IMG/VR virus record: IMGVR_UViG_3300031466_000058
Location: 25,903 to 89,902 of that record
DNA length: 64,000 nucleotides
Reading direction: 5' to 3' (one strand)
From: a virus
Taxonomy: Duplodnaviria > Caudoviricetes
Shown here: in pieces, positions 1 through 8,472 of the stretch
How positions within the stretch are numbered: the stretch's first letter is position 1
How the letters are laid out: the number at the start of each line of letters is the position of its first letter
Notes under the pieces: generated by a model
Databases searched by the model: none
Seen by the model: only the letters and a program-made list of their open reading frames with translations
Told to the model about the DNA's origin: nothing
Position numbers and translations under genes: made by a program

Positions 1-1
1 T

Positions 2-523
2 AATCCTAAGTTTTTTCGAAGATTAGAAGAAAAATTAGCAAAAGCACAACGGATTCTATCAAGACGTAAAAAAGGTGGTTCTAATTGGAACAAACAACGA
101 ATTAAAGTTGCTCGTATTCATGAAAAAATCACAAACGCTAGAAACGATTACTTGCATAAAATCTCCACCTATATTGTCAAAAACCACGACATTATCGGGA
201 TGGAAGATTTGTCTGTAAGTAATATGTTAAAAAATAACAATCTTGCTAAAGCAATTAGCGAAGTATCATGGTCACAATTTAGAACGATGTTAGAATACAA
301 AGCGAAATGGTACGGAAAGCAAGTTGTTACCGTATCGAAAAATTTTCCATCCAGCCAGCTTTGTTCGTGCTGTGGCTACAAAAACAAAGACGTTAAAAAT
401 CTTGCATTGCGTGAATGGGTGTGTCCTAATTGTCATACCCATCATAACCGAGATATTAACGCAAGTTTAAATATTCGCAAGGAAGCCTTGCGATTAACCG
501 TAGGAACTACGGGGATAGCCTAA
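2..523 (+). CDS. tnpB: IS200/IS605-family RNA-guided endonuclease TnpB (5'-truncated by window edge)
   Basis: Frame open from base 2 ([43 protein letters not shown]); RuvC-II GMEDL, CxxC...CxxC zinc finger (CSCCG...CPNC), RuvC-III NRDINA. Confidence 0.95.
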   Translation, partial: NPKFFRRLEEKLAKAQRILSRRKKGGSNWNKQRIKVARIHEKITNARNDYLHKISTYIVKNHDIIGMEDLSVSNMLKNNNLAKAISEVSWSQFRTMLEYKAKWYGKQVVTVSKNFPSSQLCSCCGYKNKDVKNLALREWVCPNCHTHHNRDINASLNIRKEALRLTVGTTGIA

Positions 524-590
524 TCAATTAGAGTTCGGTAGAACTCTGTACTTAGGAATCCACTACGGCTTTAGCCTAGTGGTAGTTCAA
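524..590 (+). mobile_element. IS200/IS605 right end / reRNA scaffold region
   Basis: Hairpins AGAGTTC-GGTA-GAACTCT (530-547) and CCACTA-CGGCTTTAGCC-TAGTGG (560-582), ending in TTCAA at 586-590 as typical of IS605-group right ends. Confidence 0.8.
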
Positions 591-592
591 AT

Positions 593-928
593 ATGGATAG
601 TAATATATACCTTTATAGAAAATACGAAAAATACTTATCTCTAATAAACAGAAGTAAAGATGGTTGGGAGTCACGTAGACGTAGGTATGGCAATAATGGT
701 ATGTCAAAAAAGTCCATTTCAGACAAGATAATTGATTATCTCATAAATGATAATGATGTAATATACGATAAGAGAGACTTGTTATCCATATTTGTAGATA
801 ATGATAGATTAAATAAGGCTAATATAGCATATCATATTAATAAAGTAATTGATAAAACTAAGTATATCAAAAACATTGATATCGAGAATGGATATGGTAA
901 AATAAAAGTTTTTCGACAAAGGGTGTGA
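593..928 (+). pseudogene. Probable 3' fragment of a gene interrupted by the tnpB element (LAGLIDADG-endonuclease-like C-terminus)
   Basis: Starts 2 nt after the IS end with no RBS; DSNIYLYRKYEKY resembles the 'IYLxRKYxK' tail of phage LAGLIDADG endonucleases. Confidence 0.45.
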
Positions 929-934
929 TACAAT

Positions 935-1345
935 ATGAAACCTATGACGTACTATAACAGTTTTTGGTACAGATTTACCCGACCAATTAAGCGGTTGTGG
1001 TTTAAATTCCTGCTAAACAGAGATAAGTTAATTAAGGTTGATGAGCGTCACCATGGTGTGGGAAAAACCTATATGATGATTGAAAGAGCAATAAAAGAAG
1101 ATATTCCCATTGTTGTAGGCAACCAACAACAAGTTTATTTGATTAAAAGGGATGGGAACCCTGTTGAAGTATTGAGATTGGCAAAAAATTTCACCATTGA
1201 TTTTAAGGGTAGACGTTTCCCAAATGGGGTTATGATTGATGAATCTGTAGACCCAGAAATGATTCATTTTATAGAGAGAGAAAATATTAAAATTCGTGGT
1301 GGATTTATTAGAAATTATAAGGGTGATAAAGAAAATGAAAGCTAA
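935..1345 (+). CDS. Hypothetical protein with P-loop-like motif
   Basis: HHGVGKT Walker-A-like and VMIDE Walker-B-like motifs. Confidence 0.6.
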   Translation: MKPMTYYNSFWYRFTRPIKRLWFKFLLNRDKLIKVDERHHGVGKTYMMIERAIKEDIPIVVGNQQQVYLIKRDGNPVEVLRLAKNFTIDFKGRRFPNGVMIDESVDPEMIHFIERENIKIRGGFIRNYKGDKENES

Positions 1346-1730
1346 AAGAATAGCTGTCGTCTATATTCCTAATAGACTAGATAGTATATCTAGTGCTGAG
1401 AAAATATTTAACAAGATTATTTCAGAGTTAGAAGATAGTGGACTTAAAGTTAAGCATTCCAACAAAGTTTTAACATTGTTTGATAATGCTACAAAAGTTG
1501 AGAAAGTGCCTTTTGGTAAAGCAATGATTGGCATGAGAATTACACATATGTATATAGATAGAAACGTGCTTGAATTAGAAGGTGGAGAACGATTTGTTAA
1601 TGAAGCATTAATACCATGTGTTATCTCTAATGGAAACTATAATAACTTAGACGCTACAGAAGAAGTGAAGGAACGAGTGTTTATTTTTGATTTAAAAGGA
1701 AACACAGAAAAATATTCTAAAAACTATTGA
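1335..1730 (+). CDS. Hypothetical phage protein
   Basis: ATG at 1335 with RBS AAGGGTGA, overlaps end of previous ORF. Confidence 0.6.
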   Translation: MKAKRIAVVYIPNRLDSISSAEKIFNKIISELEDSGLKVKHSNKVLTLFDNATKVEKVPFGKAMIGMRITHMYIDRNVLELEGGERFVNEALIPCVISNGNYNNLDATEEVKERVFIFDLKGNTEKYSKNY

Positions 1731-1755
1731 CAAATACAGTCTGTAATGATATAAT
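1727..1755 (+). promoter_or_regulatory. Sigma-A promoter
   Basis: TTGACA-N17-TATAAT with extended -10 TG. Confidence 0.85.
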
Positions 1756-1802
1756 ATAGGGAGAAGGAGATATTAACCTTCTCCTATTTTTATCTATAAG
1801 GG

Positions 1803-2021
1803 GTGTATGCTATGATAGATTTGAATAAGTTTACAGAAGAAGAGATTAAGCTAATCGAAGATATGATAGACAGCAAGATAAAGTTTGAGTATGAGTTTCA
1901 ATCGAAACACTCGAAACTATATGATAAGTTTGCCAAAGAAAGAGAGAAAGAGATTGAAGCACTCACAATATTAAAGACTAAAATTATTAATCTGAAAAGT
2001 ATTGACAAAAACAAATTATAA
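1803..2021 (+). CDS. Small hypothetical protein
   Basis: 72-aa ORF downstream of consensus promoter. Confidence 0.55.
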   Translation: MYAMIDLNKFTEEEIKLIEDMIDSKIKFEYEFQSKHSKLYDKFAKEREKEIEALTILKTKIINLKSIDKNKL

Positions 2022-2030
2022 TGATATAAT
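2002..2030 (+). promoter_or_regulatory. Sigma-A promoter
   Basis: TTGACA-N17-TATAAT with TG. Confidence 0.85.
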
Positions 2031-2144
2031 ATATACACAAGGGGTGAACATAATGACTAGGGTAATCGTTACAGTAGTCTATAATCAACATTATGATATA
2101 CATATAGATTGATAAAATCAGAATTTTATACAGAGGTGAATATC

Positions 2145-2285
2145 ATGGAAATGCCTATATGGTATCAAGAAGAGTTGAGAGAATCATTTTTCGAGAAAGA
2201 TGTTTTTACCATTATCCAACTAAATAAAAGTTGGTACAAAACTTTAAAACAAATTCAAAAAGAACTCCTTGACAGAAATAAATAA
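2145..2285 (+). CDS. Small hypothetical protein (46 aa, not in ORF track)
   Basis: GAGGTG RBS, MEMPIWYQEELRESFFEK...LDRNK*. Confidence 0.45.
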   Translation: MEMPIWYQEELRESFFEKDVFTIIQLNKSWYKTLKQIQKELLDRNK

Positions 2286-2297
2286 TAATGATATAAT
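2269..2297 (+). promoter_or_regulatory. Sigma-A promoter
   Basis: TTGACA-N17-TATAAT with TG. Confidence 0.85.
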
Positions 2298-2311
2298 GGA
2301 GGTATACAACG

Positions 2312-2779
2312 ATGAGTAAACTAGAAGATATAGTAATTGAGATGTATAGAGATGGCAATGAAATCAAACATATAATCGAATCTCTAAATATCACACATAA
2401 ACGAGTCAAACAGATACTCATAAGTATGAAAGAAAGTAACAGACATAAGAGAACTTTCACAGATGAATTTAAAAAGATAATTGCCGAACGTGATATGAAT
2501 GGTATTTCACGTAGGCAAATATCTTTAGAACTTGAAATCAATGCAAATACAGTAAAGAAGGCTTGCGAAAAGTTTGGTCAAAGATTCAAGGAAAGAGCTT
2601 CATCAGATAATGAATTTACTAGAATCGATGGTAAATTTAACTTATCTGAATGTCCGTCATGCAAGAGCAAAGATGTTAATGAGGTAGACGACAGCACTAT
2701 TTACTGTATGAGTTGTGGTGATGAGTTTATTATTAAGAAAGACCACGCATTAAAAATTAACTGGGAGTATGTCGAATGA
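2312..2779 (+). CDS. HTH DNA-binding protein with C-terminal zinc ribbon
   Basis: GISRRQISLELEINANTVKKAC HTH; CPSC...CMSC; GGAGG RBS. Confidence 0.65.
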   Translation: MSKLEDIVIEMYRDGNEIKHIIESLNITHKRVKQILISMKESNRHKRTFTDEFKKIIAERDMNGISRRQISLELEINANTVKKACEKFGQRFKERASSDNEFTRIDGKFNLSECPSCKSKDVNEVDDSTIYCMSCGDEFIIKKDHALKINWEYVE

Positions 2780-3540
2780 GTTATGGAGTAATTTATAAAA
2801 TAACAAACAATATCAATGGAAAGGTTTATATAGGTCAAACGACAAAGAAGCTGTACGAAAGAATCAAAGAACATATATATAATTCTAAAAGAAATTCCCA
2901 ATACGCAATTCATAAAGCAATTAGAAAGTACGGTGAAAATAATTTCAATTGGGAAATTATAGACACAGCTACTAATAGAGATGAATTGAATGATAAAGAG
3001 GTTTATTGGATTGGTAAATATAAATCAAATTCACATTTAGGCTACAATATGACAGATGGCGGTGATGGAATTAGTGGATATAAAATGAGTAATGAAACCA
3101 AGAAAAATATAAGTAAATCTAAAATAGGAAAATATTCTAGCGGGAATCATCCTAGAGCAAAATCTGTCATACAATTATCGACAAGCGGTGAGTTTATTGG
3201 AGAATTTGCAACTTCAAAGGACGCTTCAAACGAGTTTGGTGGAGATTTTAGCGGAATATCTAAATGTTGTAAAGGAGAAATAAACTCTATGTATGGGTTT
3301 ATATGGATTTATAAAGACGACTACAACGAAAATAATGTATCAAAGAGAGTTGAAATGTATAGGAATAATGGTGCTAAAAGAAGTGTTTGCAAATTCGATA
3401 AAGATGGGAAATACATCGAAACATTTAATTCCCTAACGGAAGCGTCTTTAAGCGTAGGTGGGAATCCTAGTGCAATTTTAAGATGTTGTAAAGGTAAACA
3501 AAAAACTCATAAAGGGTTTATTTGGAAGTTTGAAATATAA
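2776..3540 (+). CDS. GIY-YIG homing endonuclease with NUMOD3/NUMOD1 repeats
   Basis: GVIYKITN..NGKVYIGQT, GYNMTDGGDG, two NUMOD1-like repeats (ISKCCKG...GFIW). Confidence 0.9.
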   Translation: MSYGVIYKITNNINGKVYIGQTTKKLYERIKEHIYNSKRNSQYAIHKAIRKYGENNFNWEIIDTATNRDELNDKEVYWIGKYKSNSHLGYNMTDGGDGISGYKMSNETKKNISKSKIGKYSSGNHPRAKSVIQLSTSGEFIGEFATSKDASNEFGGDFSGISKCCKGEINSMYGFIWIYKDDYNENNVSKRVEMYRNNGAKRSVCKFDKDGKYIETFNSLTEASLSVGGNPSAILRCCKGKQKTHKGFIWKFEI

Positions 3541-3564
3541 TAGATTAATAAGGAGTGGTGTATA

Positions 3565-3855
3565 ATGTCTAATATTACAAAGCAAACACGAAGAGAATCT
3601 TATGATAAAATTATCAATGATTTGGGTAAACGACAGTTAGAGGTGTACATCAATCTACAACAATTTGATAATGGTGCTACCGCTAAAGAACTAGCTGTAC
3701 ATATGCATCAAGCAGGTTTAGTAGCTTCACCAGAACGTAATAGTGTACACCCAAGATTAAACGAATTAGTAGCAAAAGGATTGATTGAAATTGTAGGGAA
3801 GAAACTATGTACTTTCACTAATCGAAAAGTAGCGGTATATAAAGTATCGGTATAA
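3565..3855 (+). CDS. Winged-helix DNA-binding protein
   Basis: ATAKELA...RNSVHPRLNELVAKGLIE pattern. Confidence 0.65.
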   Translation: MSNITKQTRRESYDKIINDLGKRQLEVYINLQQFDNGATAKELAVHMHQAGLVASPERNSVHPRLNELVAKGLIEIVGKKLCTFTNRKVAVYKVSV

Positions 3856-3930
3856 AAGGTAGATATTTATGTTTTAAATTATTTTTAATTTACTATATGG
3901 ATAGATTTTAAATAAAAAAGGTGATTAATT

Positions 3931-5550
3931 ATGAATAAAGCTGATTTAATACATAAACAGTTTATTAAACGTATCTTAATAGAGGGGTGTAAGGATAAAA
4001 ACCCTAGACCTAGATATGTAAGTGATGGAAATCCTGCACACTCAATATTTATCACAAACGCTTTTGAAGAGTATGATATTTCGAAAGGTGAAATACCTAT
4101 AACCACTCTTAGACCAATAAGTTGGAAAAGTGCAATCAATGAATTGCTTGCGATATACCAGAGTCAAACAAATACCCAAGAAGGCTTTGAAAGTCATAAA
4201 GTTGGATGGTGGAAGCCATGGATGAACGAAGAAGGAAATATTGGTCGTGCCTATTCTTATAATTTAGAAAGTCATAGACTAGACGAAATGAAGAGAGAAG
4301 TAGTAAAAATTAAAAATAGGATTATTGATGAAAAGTATGGTGAACCAAAAGATATTGGACTGATTAATCCAATACAAGAATCTATTGATGGTGAAGTGTA
4401 TTTTGACAGATATATTGTTATTGGCAAATCTGAAAAAACCGATTCTAAAAAAAGAAAATATTATTACATTCAATTTATAAAAACAGGATACATAACAGAA
4501 TTGAGAAAAGACCAAATTGGAAAATCTAAATCATTTGACCCATACGAAAGAACGATATATGGAATAGGTTATTTAGGCAACTATAAATCTGTTTGCAATT
4601 TTACAGATAAACAAATAGAAATCCTAAAAGATAAATGGGAGAATATGTTTAGAAAATGTTATTCTGATAGATATGAGCATAAAGATTTGTATGAAAATAT
4701 ATTTGTACATCAAGATTGGCACTCTTTTGAGCAGTTTTTAAGAGATGTGAGATATTTACCACAATATCACCTTGCAAAAGAGGATGATTTTAAAGATTGG
4801 GATTTAGATAAAGATTATTACGGAAGTAATTGTTATAGTAAAAACACTTGTGTATTTCTTCAAAGCAATGAAAACAAGCTTTATTCAAAATCGAGTCCTT
4901 TCAAATATAAAGGTAAGATATATATTTCACAACATGACTTTGCCAAAGAGTATAATACTAGTCAAAGCTATGTGTCAAGAGTATTGAAAAAAGGAGTATA
5001 TAAAGGAGAGCCTATCGAACTTGCAGAAGATAAAGATTCGCTTTACCGTTATGAATTATCTAGGAATCAAGTTAATGAACTTTTAAGAGAGTTAAAAGAA
5101 AACCCTTTTAGTCGTAGGCATATGCTGTCATTTTACAATTGGGCTAATCAAGATAAAAAACAACTTGTTGAATGTGCATTTATGACGTTATGGAGTGTTA
5201 GAAGAGTTGGAGATGAAATGTACTTAGATTGTACACTAATTCAAAGGTCGTCAGACTATTTAGTGGCTGGATTTATAAATTGTATACAATATGTAGCGTT
5301 GCAAATGATGATAGCACAACATTGTGGATATAGGGTTGGTAAATTTGCTAGATTTACTCAAAACCTACATATCTATTCTCGCCACATAGAACAAGCATAT
5401 GAGCTACTTAGGAGAGAGCCATCTCTAATACAGCCTAAATTAATTCTAAACGCAGAGGGAAAATCATTTTATGAAATAGAGAAAAGTGACTTCGAATTAA
5501 TAGACTATCATCCTGTCCGACCACAATTAAAGTTTGATTTAGGTGTCTAA
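3931..5550 (+). CDS. thyA: Thymidylate synthase with in-frame ~260-aa HNH-type endonuclease insertion
   Basis: Bacillus-type ThyA motifs (DGNPAHS, IGRAY, NPFSRRH, catalytic C in VECAF, QRSSD, NLHIY, FDLGV); insert ~4279-5061 carries W.NM.RKCY...DWHSF..F...LDKD...YSKNTCVF. Confidence 0.9.
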   Translation: MNKADLIHKQFIKRILIEGCKDKNPRPRYVSDGNPAHSIFITNAFEEYDISKGEIPITTLRPISWKSAINELLAIYQSQTNTQEGFESHKVGWWKPWMNEEGNIGRAYSYNLESHRLDEMKREVVKIKNRIIDEKYGEPKDIGLINPIQESIDGEVYFDRYIVIGKSEKTDSKKRKYYYIQFIKTGYITELRKDQIGKSKSFDPYERTIYGIGYLGNYKSVCNFTDKQIEILKDKWENMFRKCYSDRYEHKDLYENIFVHQDWHSFEQFLRDVRYLPQYHLAKEDDFKDWDLDKDYYGSNCYSKNTCVFLQSNENKLYSKSSPFKYKGKIYISQHDFAKEYNTSQSYVSRVLKKGVYKGEPIELAEDKDSLYRYELSRNQVNELLRELKENPFSRRHMLSFYNWANQDKKQLVECAFMTLWSVRRVGDEMYLDCTLIQRSSDYLVAGFINCIQYVALQMMIAQHCGYRVGKFARFTQNLHIYSRHIEQAYELLRREPSLIQPKLILNAEGKSFYEIEKSDFELIDYHPVRPQLKFDLGV

Positions 5551-5599
5551 TATCTTAGAATTAGAGGTACGAAAAGAAGATAATATTTGGCGGTAGATA

Positions 5600-5716
5600 G
5601 AATTTGAATCTCTTAAACAAGTACAAGAAATAACAGAAATAAATTACATGAATATATCTAAAGTTTGTCGTGGTGAGGGTAGGACAGCAGGTGGATATAT
5701 TTGGAAGTATATATAT
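5600..5716 (+). pseudogene. NUMOD1 remnant of a homing endonuclease
   Basis: EFESLKQVQEITEINYMNISKVCRGEGRTAGGYIWKY with no upstream nuclease domain. Confidence 0.65.
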
Positions 5717-5731
5717 AAAGGAGAGACTGAC

Positions 5732-5968
5732 GTGAAGATTATAGTTACACATGAACGTAGTGATGACTTTACATATGAAGCTTTAGAGATAGTTATTGAT
5801 GATACATATAAGTTTAGCGTACATCATTCAGAAGATTCACCAGAAGATAACACATTATATAGAAATTTTTCTGATTGCCTTGACATTCCAAATATGCTAC
5901 AGCGAGCATATGAAGCAGGGCGTAGAGGTGAACCGTTTGAAGTAGAATATTATGGAGAAGAGGATTAA
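5732..5968 (+). CDS. Hypothetical phage protein
   Basis: GTG start with AAGGAG RBS within ORF-track ORF 5648..5968. Confidence 0.6.
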   Translation: MKIIVTHERSDDFTYEALEIVIDDTYKFSVHHSEDSPEDNTLYRNFSDCLDIPNMLQRAYEAGRRGEPFEVEYYGEED

Positions 5969-5971
5969 ATT

Positions 5972-6463
5972 ATGATTACATTAATTGTTATGATAGATAT
6001 GGCAGATGGTATGGGAGATAAAAATGGTAAACTATTGTTTAACATACCTAGACATAATGCTAGATTTAAAAATGAGACAAAAGGCAAGAAGATAGTTATG
6101 GGAAGGAAAACATGGGATTCTCTTCCTAAAAAACTATTAAGAAATAGGGATAAATATGTTTTAACTAGAAACGAAGATTTCAAAGCTAATGGTGCTAGTG
6201 TTATACACTCCATTGATGAAGTTTTGGAATTGGCTAATGATAGCGATGTAGTTGTTGTGGGTGGTGGCGATATTTTCAATCAGCTAATACCTTACGCAGA
6301 CAAATTAATTATTACACACGTACATGAATTTAATTTTAATGCAAGGGTGTTTTTCCCAGAATTTTCACCTAAAGATTGGAAGATTCAGGGGAATGAGAAG
6401 TTTGAAGAAACAGATAATCTGCCATCATTTACGTTTGCAACATACAATAAAAAGACTAACTAA
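5972..6463 (+). CDS. dfrA: Dihydrofolate reductase (divergent active site)
   Basis: VMGRKTWDSLP, VVVGGGDIF, FFPEF motifs; near thyA. Confidence 0.9.
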   Translation: MITLIVMIDMADGMGDKNGKLLFNIPRHNARFKNETKGKKIVMGRKTWDSLPKKLLRNRDKYVLTRNEDFKANGASVIHSIDEVLELANDSDVVVVGGGDIFNQLIPYADKLIITHVHEFNFNARVFFPEFSPKDWKIQGNEKFEETDNLPSFTFATYNKKTN

Positions 6464-6476
6464 GGGAGTGCTGTTA

Positions 6477-7064
6477 ATGCAACAAAATGAAGATATTCTT
6501 AATCTAAGCAGAAAAATAATCATCTCATCTCCAATCGACAGCAACGTTGCAGAGCAGGTTGTTGCTCAGATTATGAATATTAATGAATTTGATAATCAGA
6601 TGAGTGTTGTTAGTACATATCAACCACAGCCTATTGAAATCTATATTAATAGTGGTGGCGGTAGTGCAACAGATGGATTTGCCATCATTGGAGCTATGGA
6701 AATGTCAGAGACACCAATTTTTACATATGGATTAGGAATTGTAGCGTCTATGGCTTTAGGAATCTTTGTCAAAGGAGATTATCGTATTGCCCATCGTTAC
6801 ACAAGATTTATGTATCATTCAGTTGCTTATGGTGAGATGGGATACATTCAAGACCATGAAGATTCACTTCGTGAGTCAAAATTAATACAATATATGTATG
6901 ATGACTTATTTAAAGAAACAAAAATCACTAGAGAGGAAATGGATAAAATTAGAAAAAGCAAAACTGATTTTTTCTTTAGTGGGAAGGAAGCTGTTGCATT
7001 AGGTGTTGCAGATGAAGTAACTAAGAAACCACAAAAGAAAATACAGTTTTTAACGAAGGAGTAG
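6477..7064 (+). CDS. clpP: ClpP-family serine protease
   Basis: YINSGGGS, VASMA (Ser), FMYH (His), EAVALGVADEV; RBS AAGGGAG before ATG 6477. Confidence 0.85.
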   Translation: MQQNEDILNLSRKIIISSPIDSNVAEQVVAQIMNINEFDNQMSVVSTYQPQPIEIYINSGGGSATDGFAIIGAMEMSETPIFTYGLGIVASMALGIFVKGDYRIAHRYTRFMYHSVAYGEMGYIQDHEDSLRESKLIQYMYDDLFKETKITREEMDKIRKSKTDFFFSGKEAVALGVADEVTKKPQKKIQFLTKE

Positions 7065-7103
7065 TTTCAAGCTGTGCAGAAAGAGCTAAAGAAAGAGTAA
7101 TAA

Positions 7104-7138
7104 TAATTTAGAGTGGTAGACTTTACCACTCTAAATTA
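7104..7138. terminator. Hairpin/intrinsic terminator
   Basis: TAATTTAGAGTGGTA-GACTT-TACCACTCTAAATTA inverted repeat. Confidence 0.7.
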
Positions 7139-7141
7139 TTC

Positions 7142-7170
7142 TTGACAGGTATCACAAATAATGGTATAAT
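7142..7170 (+). promoter_or_regulatory. Sigma-A promoter
   Basis: TTGACA-N17-TATAAT with TG. Confidence 0.85.
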
Positions 7171-7202
7171 ATATACATAACGTATTAGGGAGAGTTAGAT
7201 AT

Positions 7203-7787
7203 ATGATTATTACATACACAGGGAGACATTTCGACTACAAGAATATTACTAAGGATAGCATCAATAAAGAAGATATTATACCTGCATTAACCAGAATTAA
7301 CAGATTCGTAGGTCATACATTCAGACCTTACAGCGTAGGAGAACACACGTTCTGGTGTTATATGATGGCTAAAAAATTGGGATATTCCATTCGTGAACAG
7401 CTATTGGTATTCATACACGATTTTACAGAAGCATATTGTGGTGATGTAAATACAGATTTGAAGAATCTATTACCAGAATATAAACGCATTGAAAAAGAAG
7501 TTGAACTAGCTGTATATGGGTATTTAGGTATTAATCCACCAACAGAAGAAGAGAAGTTTAAAATTAAGGTAGTAGATTACACTATGTTAGTGGTTGAAAT
7601 GAGAGATATAACATGTCACAACCATTTGAGAAAAATCGAAGAACTAGAAGATTATATCGCTGTTGATATATTAGATGAATTTAAGTTACATTCAGATGTT
7701 AATATTGATGATAGGGCTTGGATGGTTGTATTAAATATTATTCTTGACCACCTTTTAGAATTATATAAAAATGAATATAATAACTGA
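7203..7787 (+). CDS. HD-domain phosphohydrolase (YfbR-like 5'-deoxynucleotidase family)
   Basis: RFVGH..PYSVGEH...IHDFTEAYCGD...VD pattern. Confidence 0.85.
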   Translation: MIITYTGRHFDYKNITKDSINKEDIIPALTRINRFVGHTFRPYSVGEHTFWCYMMAKKLGYSIREQLLVFIHDFTEAYCGDVNTDLKNLLPEYKRIEKEVELAVYGYLGINPPTEEEKFKIKVVDYTMLVVEMRDITCHNHLRKIEELEDYIAVDILDEFKLHSDVNIDDRAWMVVLNIILDHLLELYKNEYNN

Positions 7788-7803
7788 AAAAGGGGTAAGT
7801 GAT

Positions 7804-8385
7804 ATGGGTAGAAGAAATTTTTTTCATGGAACGATGAACGCTTCTAAATCTGCACAGTTGTTAATTCAAGCGTTTAATTTGGAGCGACAAGGAAAGAGTT
7901 TAATCGTTTTTAAACCTTCTATTGATATAAGAGATAAGGGTGTAGTTAGGTCAAGAGCATTAGACGAAGAAAGAAAAGCTATTGTAGTGCCTAGCGATGC
8001 CAAAGGCTTTATGTATAATATTATTAAAAACAATCCAAAAGTTAATTCTATATTTATAGATGAATTGCAATTTATGAAGGCACACCAAGTTGAAGAGTTA
8101 GCAAAAATTTCTATTGACTTTAACAAAAATATATTTGCATACGGTCTTTTATTAGACTATAGGGGTAATTTATTTGAAGGAGCTAAGAAAGCTATTGAAT
8201 GTGGCTTCACTCTGCATGAATTAAAGATACAATGCGATTTCTGTAACTCGAAGGCGACAAATCATTTGCTATACATAGATGGTAAACTAGTTACTAAAGG
8301 TGAACCAATTCACGTAGGAGACCAAGAATATAAAAGCGTCTGTTATCCATGTTTTTTGAGAGAAGTTGATAAGCATAAAAAATAA
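7804..8385 (+). CDS. tdk: Thymidine kinase
   Basis: GTMNASKS P-loop, FKPSID.R, IDELQF, YGL..DYRG.LF, CDFC...YKSVCYPC zinc site. Confidence 0.9.
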   Translation: MGRRNFFHGTMNASKSAQLLIQAFNLERQGKSLIVFKPSIDIRDKGVVRSRALDEERKAIVVPSDAKGFMYNIIKNNPKVNSIFIDELQFMKAHQVEELAKISIDFNKNIFAYGLLLDYRGNLFEGAKKAIECGFTLHELKIQCDFCNSKATNHLLYIDGKLVTKGEPIHVGDQEYKSVCYPCFLREVDKHKK

Positions 8386-8395
8386 TAATTTAATA

Positions 8396-8442
8396 TTGAC
8401 ACTTGGACGATAACCTGTTATAATATAAAAATATAACAGGTT
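8396..8442 (+). promoter_or_regulatory. Sigma-A promoter overlapped by a 12-bp inverted repeat (possible operator)
   Basis: TTGACA(8396)-N17-TATAAT(8419); TAACCTGTTATA...TATAACAGGTTA spans -10 and +1. Confidence 0.75.
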
Positions 8443-8472
8443 ACTTCTATATTAAAAAGAGGAGGAAGAAAC

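Noticed and set aside
4270-4285. GTCATAGACTAGACG resembles the group I intron R (P7) element, with a TAGTC at ~4960
   Set aside because: It lies at the very start of the thyA insert, leaving no room for P3-P6, and there is no S-element consensus; likely chance
7203-7787. HD hydrolase as a sign of a modified-base (e.g. Z-genome) pathway
   Set aside because: No PurZ or other base-modification genes in the window; ThyA retains the dUMP-specifying Asn
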